A stretch of 63,927 nucleotides of DNA, counting the filler, from Chlamydiia bacterium (GTDB lineage Bacteria > Chlamydiota > Chlamydiia > Chlamydiales > FEN-1388), in NCBI GenBank assembly GCA_903848235.1. It is 9 parts of 9 records of this genome, joined end to end, with 100 filler letters (N's around TTAATTAATTAA, not from the genome) between each part and the next. Parts side by side here need not be neighbours in the genome. Positions count along the whole stretch, not along the records: positions 13,942 to 24,733 come from CAINFV010000051.1; positions 24,834 to 28,937 come from CAINFV010000052.1; 7 more parts are not named here. The stretch is one strand, 5' to 3'. Every line of letters begins with the position of its first letter. The stretch's first letter is position 1. Positions 19,261 through 29,037 of this stretch are shown here, piece after piece. Both the position numbers and the translations under genes were made by a program. Below the pieces are notes generated by a model, which was not told the origin of the DNA, ran no database searches, and saw nothing but the letters and a program-made list of their open reading frames with translations.

Positions 19261-20349
19261 ATGCAAATTAGGACAGATAGTCAGCATCGTCATCTAGGAG
19301 AAATTAGTATGGAAATGTCCCAGCCCCCTGAAGATCTCCCTCTATCTCTCGGTTTTGGTCAGTATCTATATGTCGAAAAAGGGGATAACCTCGTCCGTGT
19401 TGACACCTCTAATCGAATTATGCGGATGGTCAAAACCCTGTTTATGGGTTATTCCTATGATATTAACGAGATCTGCAGCAGGGCAAAAGACGGCAAGTTA
19501 AAAATGAAAATTTTAGGATTGGTGGAAGATAAGGCAAAGACAGAGCCCAAAAAATTGGAGAGAGTTTCACAAAGAATAGAAAAAATTAGACAGGGGTTGC
19601 AGGCAACACCAGGTCGAGCGGAAACTGATGAAATAAAGTGCCCTTCAGCTGAAACCCCTGCTCCGAAGGTGGACACCACGCGGGAAAAGAAGGAGCCCCA
19701 AAACGTGGGGGTTGAACCTATTCAGGTAGACATGAAGACCTTAGAGCAAGCAGCGAAGAACTTATCGGAAAAAACAGGTAAAGAATGGGTTGTTAATCAA
19801 TCTTGGGAAAGGGGGCCGGCCCTGGAATGTAGAATATCGGAAAAAGTAGAGTCTGAAGATGCCCGGCCCAGGGTCTCGAAGAAGTTGGACGCTGAGCCTC
19901 AATTGGTAGCCGACGCGATTGGGTTAGATACAACAAAAATTAAGTCTTTTCAATTGCGGACGATCAGAGCAGGTGTTGCGCGTTTGCTTTACATCGATGA
20001 CTTTCTTGAAATACAGGCGTTGGCAGAAGGAACGAAATCAGAGCCGATAGACACGGATATCTTGGACGCAGCCGCTAAATATTTAAAGAAAAGCTCGGGA
20101 TACGAATGGACGGTTGATGGGCAGGGGCTGAAGTGCGAGAACGCGATGCGTTCTTACGGCTTTCGTGAGAGCGGTTTGGTTCAGGCGCAGGAAGAAGTAC
20201 GTAAAAATATGCGAGTGAAGGCTGGGATACTTTCGACCAAATTAAAACAGGTCGTATCAAGGGATGGACGCGGAAATAAAAGAGCTTCATTCTCAATTGA
20301 TGACGGTTTCGTGATAAAAGAATTGGCGAAGAGAGGGAAGGGCTCGTAG
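19261..20349 (+). CDS. Hypothetical protein with internal ~109-aa duplication
   Basis: 362-aa ORF; EPIQVDMKTLEQAAKNLSEKTGKEWVV vs EPIDTDILDAAAKYLKKSSGYEWTV. Confidence 0.7.
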   Translation: MQIRTDSQHRHLGEISMEMSQPPEDLPLSLGFGQYLYVEKGDNLVRVDTSNRIMRMVKTLFMGYSYDINEICSRAKDGKLKMKILGLVEDKAKTEPKKLERVSQRIEKIRQGLQATPGRAETDEIKCPSAETPAPKVDTTREKKEPQNVGVEPIQVDMKTLEQAAKNLSEKTGKEWVVNQSWERGPALECRISEKVESEDARPRVSKKLDAEPQLVADAIGLDTTKIKSFQLRTIRAGVARLLYIDDFLEIQALAEGTKSEPIDTDILDAAAKYLKKSSGYEWTVDGQGLKCENAMRSYGFRESGLVQAQEEVRKNMRVKAGILSTKLKQVVSRDGRGNKRASFSIDDGFVIKELAKRGKGS

Positions 20350-20361
20350 CAGCTCATTGTT

Positions 20362-21039
20362 TCACCCACTGATCACACTTATCCCCCAAACATCTGCAGC
20401 GCCGTTATGAATAAGTGCGGCGGCGGCCGTTCGCAACGCCGTCCCAGTGGTGAGTACGTCATGGATCATCAAAATGTTCATATTGATGATGGCTTCTGGC
20501 TTGTTGATGTTTACAGTTTCTGTGCCCACATGAGGGGGTTGTTCTTCAAGTGAGAGGTATGGCAGTGGGAGGAGATGACGGTGTAGCCGAAGGCAGGAGA
20601 GGCAGGGTCTACTGAAAAGGTGGGCAACGCTATGAGCGATTTCTTTTCGTGTGAGCCATCGGTCATTGCCCCGAGAAAACCAGTCGCCAGGTGTGGGGAT
20701 GATGAGGTCGGGCGCAGGCCACTGCAGCTCGCCCCACTGCATGACAATGAAGGGAGCGATGGCGGAGGGTGATGAGGAAAGAAGAGCGCGTGGGGTGGGA
20801 GCGTCATCAAAACAGGCTGCCTGGCTTTTTAGGGTAGAACGTTGACAGCGATGGCCTCCTTCATCGAGGTGGTGAAAGCATCGTCGGCATCGATGAAACG
20901 TCGACAGAAGCTGAAGGCTTTCAAAACAGGGCTGACAGAGGGTTGTAAACGGGTGTTCTATGATCGCTTTGCACGAGAGGCATACGGGAGGATACAGAAA
21001 ATCCAGTGCATTCCGGATACAGGAGGCGGTAGTGTTCAT
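20362..21039 (-). CDS. ComF family phosphoribosyltransferase-like protein
   Basis: N-terminal double zinc ribbon (CLSC, CQPC, CRRC) and IHDVLTTGTAL PRPP-loop motif. Confidence 0.85.
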   Translation of the reverse strand: MNTTASCIRNALDFLYPPVCLSCKAIIEHPFTTLCQPCFESLQLLSTFHRCRRCFHHLDEGGHRCQRSTLKSQAACFDDAPTPRALLSSSPSAIAPFIVMQWGELQWPAPDLIIPTPGDWFSRGNDRWLTRKEIAHSVAHLFSRPCLSCLRLHRHLLPLPYLSLEEQPPHVGTETVNINKPEAIINMNILMIHDVLTTGTALRTAAAALIHNGAADVWGISVISG

Positions 21040-21159
21040 GTCAAATTTTTTGTCTCTCGTCGAATAAAAAGGTATTGTATAGAGTGGACAATATAATGGA
21101 AATTTGAGAAATCTGAAATTGTCATCGAGACTGTCTATGGAAAGAAAAAAGGAGAAACA

Positions 21160-23790
21160 ATGACTGATTCAATGAAAATCCCTCCCTCTCCCCAAGGAGA
21201 TCTGTCTCCATCGGCAAGGGCGAAAGTCCCTCCTCGTGGGTCTTTTTTTTCTAGAGCGATTGCCAAGTTGCGCGGGAAGTCTTCAGAAGACGTTGAGTCA
21301 TCGAAAATAGAAAATCTTGCGCTGAGGGTCGATGAGCTGTATTCCCTAGCAACAAATGAATTGATTTCGGAAAAAGATCGCCAAAAAGCCTTAGGTGAAC
21401 TGTTTACATTGGCTGGGCATGTGCAGAGATTAGGAAAAGAGGGTGGGGTGCGGTTGCCCGTCATTCAGGGGGCCATAAAAAGTATCTTAAGTGCCCGATC
21501 GCGGGTGGCCAATCAACCTCCGGGATTACCCCCTTCGCTTCGACGGTACGCCGGCCTTCTTGCTGATCAGGTCAAGCTCGAGGGGAAGTCTCCAGATGAT
21601 CAAATTGGTCAATTCGTGCGGCAGGCAAGGGATGTGCTGTCGTCTTTTGGGACGACGGAAGGGTGCATAATCCTTTCCGAGATGCTTGACCAACTCTGTC
21701 CTCATAATTCAGATCTCCTCAAGGCGTTGCAGTTTGCGGTATCTATGTTGTTAGACATGAACACACAATCAAACCCTCTTGCCACAGCCGAGAAGCTGCT
21801 AGGACATGTTCGCGAGCTCCGGGAAGCCCAGCCACAGCTGGCAGCGGCAGTCCTCAAAAGTCTTGGGGAAGCGGAGGGAATACGTTCGCTAGTGAAAAGT
21901 ATGTCGGAGAGATTTGATAGCAAATCTCAACTAGTTGCTATACGCCTTGCCTTTGAATTCCCCGAGCTCATGGGAGAAGAGAAAGAGATAGATTTGAACG
22001 TTAAGGCTCGTTCTTTTCCTCGACTCACCACGGAACTTGTGGAGAGTTCCAGCGAAGCGGACATTCCTGCTGTGCTTGACAGATGTTTTGAGGACCTTGC
22101 AACAATGGCGACAGTCGCTCCAGAAGCTGTTGCGAAGATGACGGAAGCAAGGGGTGCTGATCCTTTGTCTTCAAAACTAGTATCTTTCTTAGAAAATGAC
22201 ATACAGAGCGCTGTGATAGCGCAGACACCAGAAGAAGCTAGGTTGCGGCTCAAAGGAATAGAAGAGCGACGAATAGCTATTGCTATTTTGTTTCCAGGGA
22301 AACCGACACTGCCTGGTTCAGAAAAACTTACAGCGATTCAGGAAGATCTTGCAAGGCTTGATAAAGCGCATGCTTTTGCTGAAGAAATTCGAAGCAAGGT
22401 CTCTTCTTCTTCTGATGCTGGCATCCCTGCCGTGCTCGACCAATGTGTAGAGGGCGTTGCAGAAATGCGAAAAGAGGATTCAGAAGTTTTTGAAGCGATG
22501 AAAGAGGCAAGAGGTACTGACACGTTGCCAGGGCCAATATATCGATGTTTGTCACAGGACAAAAAGGTTATTTGTGCCTCTTCGACACCTCAAGAAGCTC
22601 GAGAGGCGCTAGCAAAAGTTAAACTGCGACGAGCGGCGCTTGCAGCCATGTATCCAACGCAACAATTGCCGGGTACAAGTGAAATTGAGCAGATGGATCA
22701 AGTTATTAATAAAGCCGAGGCTGATCGTGAAAGATTAGTTGAAAGACTGCAAGGTTTTAGAGAGCGCATAAGAGAAGGTAAGGTCGATGGCGGTCTCGCT
22801 AGTGAAATAGATGATTTCATGCGAGAAGAGATTAAATCAGGGTTATTTCTACAAAAAGAGGCCGATTCTCTCCTCGATACTGTTTTGGAATACCTTGAAT
22901 CAGAACGGGCACGCCACCCTTCAACAGTTTCACCGGATTTTCTTGCCAAAAATATTCGGGTGGTATTAACAGCAATTTCAATTGTAGAATTCATTCTGGG
23001 CAAGGAATCTCGAGAAAAAAAATTGAAGGAACATGAAGGACTTGCAGCGTGGATTGGGGCAGCTGACGATCGTCTGTGGTCTAGATGGGACAGAAGTGAG
23101 ACGTATCGTGACATAGGACCGGCTCGAATCCTCGATGAGGAACGCGTAGAGCTCAGGGCAAGGTATAGCGTGAGCCTTAATGATGAAGAGCAAGCTCTGG
23201 TGGCTTTCTGGGTTGATAAGTTCGCTAGTCCCGAGCTTGTGCATCTTAGCCTCGAGCGGGGGGGGGTTCATCTTGTGAAGGTGCAGGGAAAGCCGGTAGT
23301 TCATGCAGCTGACAAAAAGTCTGAAGACGACGAACAGTCCTATAAACAAGCATTTGTGGATTGGTGTAAAGTCGCACAGACGTTGTATGACAGCTTTCCT
23401 GAGGAGCAACGGGGGCCAGAATTGGCGAGAGCCATTGCAAAATTGTTTGATGGCTCTACTATGGAATACATTGCCAGCTCTTTCGTCCCTCCATCCTTGA
23501 CTGAGGTCAGAAATCGCCTTGCGGGACAAGATATGTGGGAGCGGACAGATCCCGTCGAGCACTGTCAATTTTCCATTCCAGAAGATGGAAAATCGTGTAT
23601 TGCTGAATTTTCACATTTAGGAATATTAACCCCTCGATCTGACCCTGAGGGATCCCAGACACGTTCGAGTGTTTTCACGACAAAGGTTCAAGTTTTTCTT
23701 GACAATCCTGATGAGGTTCATTATTCGTTTCGATCATTAGGTCCACCTGAGCCAGAAGGTCCACCTGAGCCTGAGACAGGAAAATCTTGA
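21160..23790 (+). CDS. Large hypothetical protein with 120-aa tandem repeat; candidate secreted effector
   Basis: 876-aa ORF with AGGAG RBS; Pro/Ser-rich N-terminus; IPAVLD repeated 360 bp apart. Confidence 0.75.
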   Translation: MTDSMKIPPSPQGDLSPSARAKVPPRGSFFSRAIAKLRGKSSEDVESSKIENLALRVDELYSLATNELISEKDRQKALGELFTLAGHVQRLGKEGGVRLPVIQGAIKSILSARSRVANQPPGLPPSLRRYAGLLADQVKLEGKSPDDQIGQFVRQARDVLSSFGTTEGCIILSEMLDQLCPHNSDLLKALQFAVSMLLDMNTQSNPLATAEKLLGHVRELREAQPQLAAAVLKSLGEAEGIRSLVKSMSERFDSKSQLVAIRLAFEFPELMGEEKEIDLNVKARSFPRLTTELVESSSEADIPAVLDRCFEDLATMATVAPEAVAKMTEARGADPLSSKLVSFLENDIQSAVIAQTPEEARLRLKGIEERRIAIAILFPGKPTLPGSEKLTAIQEDLARLDKAHAFAEEIRSKVSSSSDAGIPAVLDQCVEGVAEMRKEDSEVFEAMKEARGTDTLPGPIYRCLSQDKKVICASSTPQEAREALAKVKLRRAALAAMYPTQQLPGTSEIEQMDQVINKAEADRERLVERLQGFRERIREGKVDGGLASEIDDFMREEIKSGLFLQKEADSLLDTVLEYLESERARHPSTVSPDFLAKNIRVVLTAISIVEFILGKESREKKLKEHEGLAAWIGAADDRLWSRWDRSETYRDIGPARILDEERVELRARYSVSLNDEEQALVAFWVDKFASPELVHLSLERGGVHLVKVQGKPVVHAADKKSEDDEQSYKQAFVDWCKVAQTLYDSFPEEQRGPELARAIAKLFDGSTMEYIASSFVPPSLTEVRNRLAGQDMWERTDPVEHCQFSIPEDGKSCIAEFSHLGILTPRSDPEGSQTRSSVFTTKVQVFLDNPDEVHYSFRSLGPPEPEGPPEPETGKS

Positions 23791-23871
23791 CATTCCAATG
23801 GTTTTTTGTCAGTTTGTGTCAAATGCCTTGAGGTGAAGAGGAATTGTACAGGAAGATCTAGGGGTGGAGTG

Positions 23872-24733
23872 ATGAGACGACTCTTGCGACAGTGTATTGA
23901 CATGCAGCTGAAGGCGACAGAGCCAGGGAAGAAGCTGTCTTCCCTTCGCCCTTTAGCTGAGGCTACAGATAGTTTTTTCTTTTCTAAAGTCGTCGAAACG
24001 TCAGGCCCTCCCTATATTCGCGATGCCATTGATATCAAACGCTGGATGATGGTGGTCTTCTTTGCCCTTGTCCCCTGCATCCTCATGGCTGTTTGGAATA
24101 CCGGCCTTCAGAGATTTGTCTATACCAGTGGCGATCTGTCCTTGATGAAAGAGTACTATGCCGCCTCACACTCTCTTTCAGGCTATTTCTCTTTTGCACT
24201 GCAGGATGGCAGGTGGCTGGAAATCCTCAAGAATGGTGCGCTCGCCTTTTTTCCAGTCATGATTATCTCATATGTTGTTGGGGGGCTCTGTGAAGTAGTC
24301 TTTGCCTGCGTGCGGGGCAAGACCATCGACGAAGGGTTTTTGGTGACAGGGATGCTGTTTGCCCTCATCCTTCCTCCGACTATTCCTTATTGGATGGTGG
24401 CCTTTGGCGTCGCAGGAGGTGTCATCTTCGCCAAGGAGCTTTTTGGGGGAACGGGGATGAATATCATCAACCCTGCCCTCTGTTGTCGCGTACTGCTGTT
24501 CTTCACCTTTCCAGCACAGATGTCAGGGGATATTTGGATAGGGACTAATCCAACAGCAGTTCGACAAAGCCTTGTCAAGATCAACGAGGGGATTTCCCAG
24601 GTAGATGGATATACGCAGGCGACGCCTCTGTCGAAATACAATGTCAGTCATGATGTCTTCCGCATCCATGTAGATGCCATCGGTGCCCACTGGAAAGAGG
24701 TAGGGCCTTCTGTTGGCTCTTGGGCTGTCATCG
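23872..24733 (+). CDS. nqrB: Na+-translocating NADH:quinone reductase subunit B (3' partial)
   Basis: IRDAIDIKRWM, EGFLVTGMLFALILPP, KELFGGTGMNIINPAL, DGYTQATPL (FMN attachment). Confidence 0.95.
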
Positions 24734-24833
24734 NNNNNNNNNNNNNNNNNNNNNNNNNNNNNNNNNNNNNNNNNNNNTTAATTAATTAANNNNNNNNNNN
24801 NNNNNNNNNNNNNNNNNNNNNNNNNNNNNNNNN
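24734..24833. other. Artificial contig linker
   Basis: N44-TTAATTAATTAA-N44. Confidence 0.99.
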
Positions 24834-25258
24834 CTCAACGACAGTTATGTTTCGAATTTCTTCTAGCTGTTTTTTGATGTGGTCTTTTCGCTGTTTTACG
24901 TAATTCTGTACGGTCCTGTCATCTATTGCATCCACATAAAGCAATGCATCCTCCTCTGCCCATCTACAGATGAGCTGTTCCTGAGTCAAACCTTCTTTAA
25001 ATCCCAGGTAACGGCGTATAGCCAATGTGCGAATGTATGGGGAGCCCAAAAGGCAAACCAAATCTCTTGCACTAGCAAAGTTGTGAGAATCTGGATGACA
25101 TTTCTCTGGAGGAATAAATGATCCTCCTCCAAATGTAAAAATACGCAATTGCTGTTGTTCCTCGGGGTTCAACAGTTCGAGAGCGTGTTCAGCAATGATG
25201 GCGCCCATGCTATGAACGAATAGTACGATGGGCACGATCGAATTGTTTTCTTTCGACC
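24834..25258 (-). pseudogene. Fragment of an alpha/beta-hydrolase-like (DUF687-like) protein; appears 5'-truncated and runs off the contig
   Basis: VLFVHSMGAII nucleophile-elbow motif, TFGGG, ASARDLV; no room for an N-terminal region upstream. Confidence 0.5.
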
Positions 25259-25317
25259 AAAAAAAGCCCGAAAAATAGACGCTCTTCTCATGTTTTTCTT
25301 CTCCCTTCTAGAATAAA

Positions 25318-25521
25318 TCATCTTCTCATATATCGGCAGATTCTTTCGTGCATCCACCTTTCGTTGGTAGAAGGAAACGATGCATTGCAGCCACGGCCAC
25401 GACAATTGTACCAAGCCTTTTCTTCAAGCTTAACTTCTTCAGATTCAAGAAAATAAGTTCCCTTCTTGTTTACATGTATGGCTTTTGTCGTCACTACACC
25501 ATTTTGTGTTTGAGCCCTAAT
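25318..25521 (-). pseudogene. Possible C-terminal gene remnant cut by the IS1634-like element
   Basis: Open frame from the IS boundary ending in CRGRGC...HERIC (C2HC-like). Confidence 0.35.
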
Positions 25522-27237
25522 CCTGATTTCCCGAAAATTTTTAGCTAGGCTGGGCCAGGAAGCGCAATGTTCAAGGCCTTGAGGATTTCTCGTTGAGGCT
25601 TGGTCACCTCGGTGAGGATATGGCCGTACTTTCCCGAGCACTTCACTTTGGTCAGAGTCTCCATTTCCTGTAGAAGTTCACGGACTGTGTATCTCTCGAT
25701 AAGATTCGACTTTCTCATTTCATTGCGCAGAGCGCTCATATAGATAAGGGCTACAAACTGAACAAAGAGCCTGCCATCAACAGTCGCCGAACTGTGCATT
25801 CGAAGGCGCTTCATGTCTAGCTGGTTCTTTAGATCATTGAAGCTCTTTTCCACCACATCCTTGTCTCGATATATCTGTAGAGCTTCCGCTGGGTCTTTGA
25901 TGCTGTTGGTTAGTAATGCCTGGAACCCTGAGTAGCGGTTGATGTATTGACTAACAGCCTCAGTATTGTATGAGACCTTTATCCCCTTTTTTGGAGTGGT
26001 TTTCGTTATAAAAAATTCATTATATTCTTCCTGATGCTCAGCAATCAGTTTCCCAGATTCCAGCTCTTCCTTATACCTCATCAACTTCTCATTGAATCTG
26101 TCAACGGCGTCCGCTCGCGCATGGGCATTATAGTAAAGGTGCAGATAGCAACGACGATTGCCTTTTCCCCAAGAATATAGACGAGAGTTGATGTAAAGGA
26201 CTTCATTGTCAACCCTTCGATATCCCTCAGGGCTGTGGATAACCTCATGGATATCATCTATTGCATGCTGAACCCATTTGTTATTTAGAGGAACCGACAA
26301 GAGAAATTTGTCTCTTGAGGCAAACAACTCATCAACATTCTTCTTACTGTAAAATCCCTTGTCCATCACATAGTGAAGGGCCTTTATCTCTAGGGCCTTA
26401 AAGGTCTTCAGAAGGTTATGCAGCGTTGTGACGTCGGTGATGTTTCTGGGCATGTGTTGAAAATACACTGGTAGGCGCCCCTTCTGGCCGAAAAGCATGG
26501 CTAGATTTAGTTGCGGCAACTTGTCTCCATCGCGGTTGTGGCCATATTTGATGTATTCGTTGAGTTCTGAGTATGAGGAGACAGAAGTAATGTCGTAGCA
26601 GAGGTAATCATCCTCTAGGATCTTGTTCATCCACTTGGTGAAAAAGATTTGCTTCCCATCAATGCTGATAGAGCTGAGGACTTTGCTGATTCGTTGGCTG
26701 GTTAATGATTCTCCAATGGGATGCGCATGGCTCTTGCACCACGTTCCGCAATAACTCAGAGGCCCTCCTTCAGAGGCGAGATAATGAGCCATTGCAAGTA
26801 TCTGTCGGTGTTCTTGTGGGAATGAAGACTTTAACAAATTTCCTAGGCCCAGTCGGTCTGTAATGGTATCGAGAATAATCGAAGGTCCGACGATCTCGGC
26901 AGACGCGGTGACCGTCGGATCCCTAACGGCTGACTGTTCGGGAACTAGACGCTTCGAAGGAAGAAATTTTCCAGTGATTGGATCAAGCTTTCCGACACAC
27001 ACCTGTTTGTTGCGCGATTGCTTTTTTTCTTTGTCCCAGAACGAAGCTGATTCGTAAACGTAGGTGACACCAGTTTTTTTGTTCACATGATTGACGCGGA
27101 ACGACATGGCTTAACTCCTCTTACATAGCTACAATTATAGCCTGTTTTGAAAGAAAATCAAGCATTAAAACGCGCATAACGCATTCTTGTTCAGTGTATT
27201 AGCAGAAGCCTAGCTACAAAATTTGCGGGAAATCAGG
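25522..27237 (-). mobile_element. IS1634-family insertion sequence
   Basis: ~30-bp imperfect TIRs (CCTGATTTCCCGAAAATTTTTAGCTAGGCT / AGCCTAGCTACAAAATTTGCGGGAAATCAGG) around a single transposase; no clear target-site duplication. Confidence 0.85.
25545..27107 (-). CDS. IS1634-family DDE transposase
   Basis: YDITSVSS, GHNRDGDKLPQ, VMDKGFYS, YRDKDVVEKSFNDLK. Confidence 0.9.
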   Translation of the reverse strand: MSFRVNHVNKKTGVTYVYESASFWDKEKKQSRNKQVCVGKLDPITGKFLPSKRLVPEQSAVRDPTVTASAEIVGPSIILDTITDRLGLGNLLKSSFPQEHRQILAMAHYLASEGGPLSYCGTWCKSHAHPIGESLTSQRISKVLSSISIDGKQIFFTKWMNKILEDDYLCYDITSVSSYSELNEYIKYGHNRDGDKLPQLNLAMLFGQKGRLPVYFQHMPRNITDVTTLHNLLKTFKALEIKALHYVMDKGFYSKKNVDELFASRDKFLLSVPLNNKWVQHAIDDIHEVIHSPEGYRRVDNEVLYINSRLYSWGKGNRRCYLHLYYNAHARADAVDRFNEKLMRYKEELESGKLIAEHQEEYNEFFITKTTPKKGIKVSYNTEAVSQYINRYSGFQALLTNSIKDPAEALQIYRDKDVVEKSFNDLKNQLDMKRLRMHSSATVDGRLFVQFVALIYMSALRNEMRKSNLIERYTVRELLQEMETLTKVKCSGKYGHILTEVTKPQREILKALNIALPGPA

Positions 27238-27425
27238 ATCTGAACTTTTTGAGCTCAGGCTGCACCCAGGATCTGGTCGATCTTGTACAACAAGCTGGTG
27301 TTGACGTTACAAAACCCGAGTATAACGAGCAGGCCATGGAACAGTTCCGTCTCCTTATGGATGCCTACGAAGACCTCTCATCGAACAGCTCATTTCAAAA
27401 GGATGTCATTGATACGGCAGCTTAA
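27238..27425 (+). pseudogene. C-terminal remnant of oligoendopeptidase F (M3B peptidase)
   Basis: Manual translation LNFLSSGCTQDLVDLVQQAGVDVTKPEYNEQAMEQFRLLMD...* matches the PepF C-terminal pattern (YLxFLxxG...AGVD.T.P); begins exactly at the IS end. Confidence 0.7.
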
Positions 27426-27601
27426 TGCTGAAGCCGTCGAAAAAGGGCCCCCTGGTTTTGTCGACGGAGTGTTTACCCGAAATCACTCTTAGCCCTGACA
27501 GCCATACGGAAACCCTGACGAATTGTGCGGACTCGATTGTCATGAAGCACAAAGCACTCATGGGGCGCTCCCTGCACTTCACTGTGCCGAATTTTAAAAG
27601 C

Positions 27602-27865
27602 CTAGATTGACCGGCAATCGAAACGACATGATTTGTTAAAATGATCTCGCTTAAAGTGCCTTCTTCCATGTCTCCGATGATGACGACCAAAACCAGGAAG
27701 ATGAGTCCCCTTTTCCGAGCAAACAGTAGTAGTTCTCATGCTCTCACTTCCGACATCACCATAGGCCATGACGACATCGTATTCTGATTTTATAACCCCA
27801 GCACTCAGAGAGTTTACAAAGCAAATTGACAGGATTGTGACGACGCAAAATTTAACACTTCTCAT
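27602..27865 (-). CDS. Small putative secreted protein with Arg/His-rich tail
   Basis: MRSVKFCVVTILSICFVNSLSA signal peptide; AAGGGAG upstream. Confidence 0.5.
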   Translation of the reverse strand: MRSVKFCVVTILSICFVNSLSAGVIKSEYDVVMAYGDVGSESMRTTTVCSEKGTHLPGFGRHHRRHGRRHFKRDHFNKSCRFDCRSI

Positions 27866-28022
27866 TTTTTCCACTCCCTTATAAAAATAGAAATAAAAAA
27901 TACCCCTGCTCCAAGGTTTTCTACAATACATTATTGTGCAATCATGTTCCTGAGCCTTTGACACAGATATCCTAAGCTCGTTACTCTATTTAGAATCAAA
28001 GCATTAGCGCGGTACTTGCCCT

Positions 28023-28775
28023 ATGACCAATAGATCATTCGAACCCCCTTCATGGCGTTTTCATCGATGGCTGTGGGGGATTGCCATCGCAACGGTCTGC
28101 ATCATGACCTTCGCCAAAACGATCAAAATTGAAAAGTCGAAGATTAGCCACTTTATCAAGGCAAAAGAATCACGCAGAGGCGCTCTCCGCTTAGCCAAAG
28201 AGAGGAAACAAAACGTCGACTTCACTCAAGACCGCTCGGGCGTCAGTCGTCACCTGTGGATCCAGGATCCAGGACTCCCTCGCCGTCAATTTTTCCTCGA
28301 GGCTGTATCGGCTACATTAACTACTTCCCTTACCTCGAAGGAGATCTCCTTGATAGAATCGTTCGTCAAGCCCAAGGGGTGGTTTCAAGAAGAACTATTT
28401 TGGGAAATATCATCAACTGGCGAGAGGGTAATCAAGAAAGGAGATAAATGGGTGCATAAAACTCCTCCCTGTCGCTCCATCGCAGAGAAGTTCATCCAAA
28501 ATATCGTTCCAATGCAGCTAGTGTGGTTTTTCGAGGCTGCCACAGCAGACTGGAATCAAAATACTAATAAGCTGGTTGCCAACACAGCTTTATTCACTCT
28601 ACTGAAGATGCCAGGCCATGAAGCTCCAATAAATAATCACGATGGAAAAATTATCACACAAGGCACATCCCGCGCCATGATCTTTGAGATTGGTAAGCCA
28701 GGCCAACAGGTCAGGTGCCAGGGAACAAAGCTCCAAATTAATCAAGAAACAACAAACGCTTGTAAAGCTCCTTGA
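28023..28775 (+). CDS. Hypothetical protein with one N-terminal TM segment
   Basis: 250-aa ORF, WLWGIAIATVCIMTFA hydrophobic stretch. Confidence 0.65.
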   Translation: MTNRSFEPPSWRFHRWLWGIAIATVCIMTFAKTIKIEKSKISHFIKAKESRRGALRLAKERKQNVDFTQDRSGVSRHLWIQDPGLPRRQFFLEAVSATLTTSLTSKEISLIESFVKPKGWFQEELFWEISSTGERVIKKGDKWVHKTPPCRSIAEKFIQNIVPMQLVWFFEAATADWNQNTNKLVANTALFTLLKMPGHEAPINNHDGKIITQGTSRAMIFEIGKPGQQVRCQGTKLQINQETTNACKAP

Positions 28776-28839
28776 TCTTTCCCGTGTACATCTAAAGAAA
28801 GAAAAAATTTCTAGACTATGCTCTTAAAGTTTTAGCCTT

Positions 28840-28937
28840 GTGATTACTCCCCTGCCTAAAGGCAGAGGCTTCTAGGGCACACGCCCAGGCCATCTAATCC
28901 GAGGGCCAAAATGTTTTCAGCGGCATTGAGATCTCGA
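28840..28937 (-). mobile_element. tnpB: Second IS200/IS605 element: tnpB 3' tip and right end (cut by contig end)
   Basis: Minus strand encodes RDLNAAENILALGLDGLGVCPRSLCL* (stop 28856-28858), with hairpin CCTCTGCCT-TT-AGGCAGGGG and terminal GTAATCAC. Confidence 0.8.
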
Positions 28938-29037
28938 NNNNNNNNNNNNNNNNNNNNNNNNNNNNNNNNNNNNNNNNNNNNTTAATTAATTAANNNNNNN
29001 NNNNNNNNNNNNNNNNNNNNNNNNNNNNNNNNNNNNN
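28938..29037. other. Artificial contig linker
   Basis: N44-TTAATTAATTAA-N44. Confidence 0.99.
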
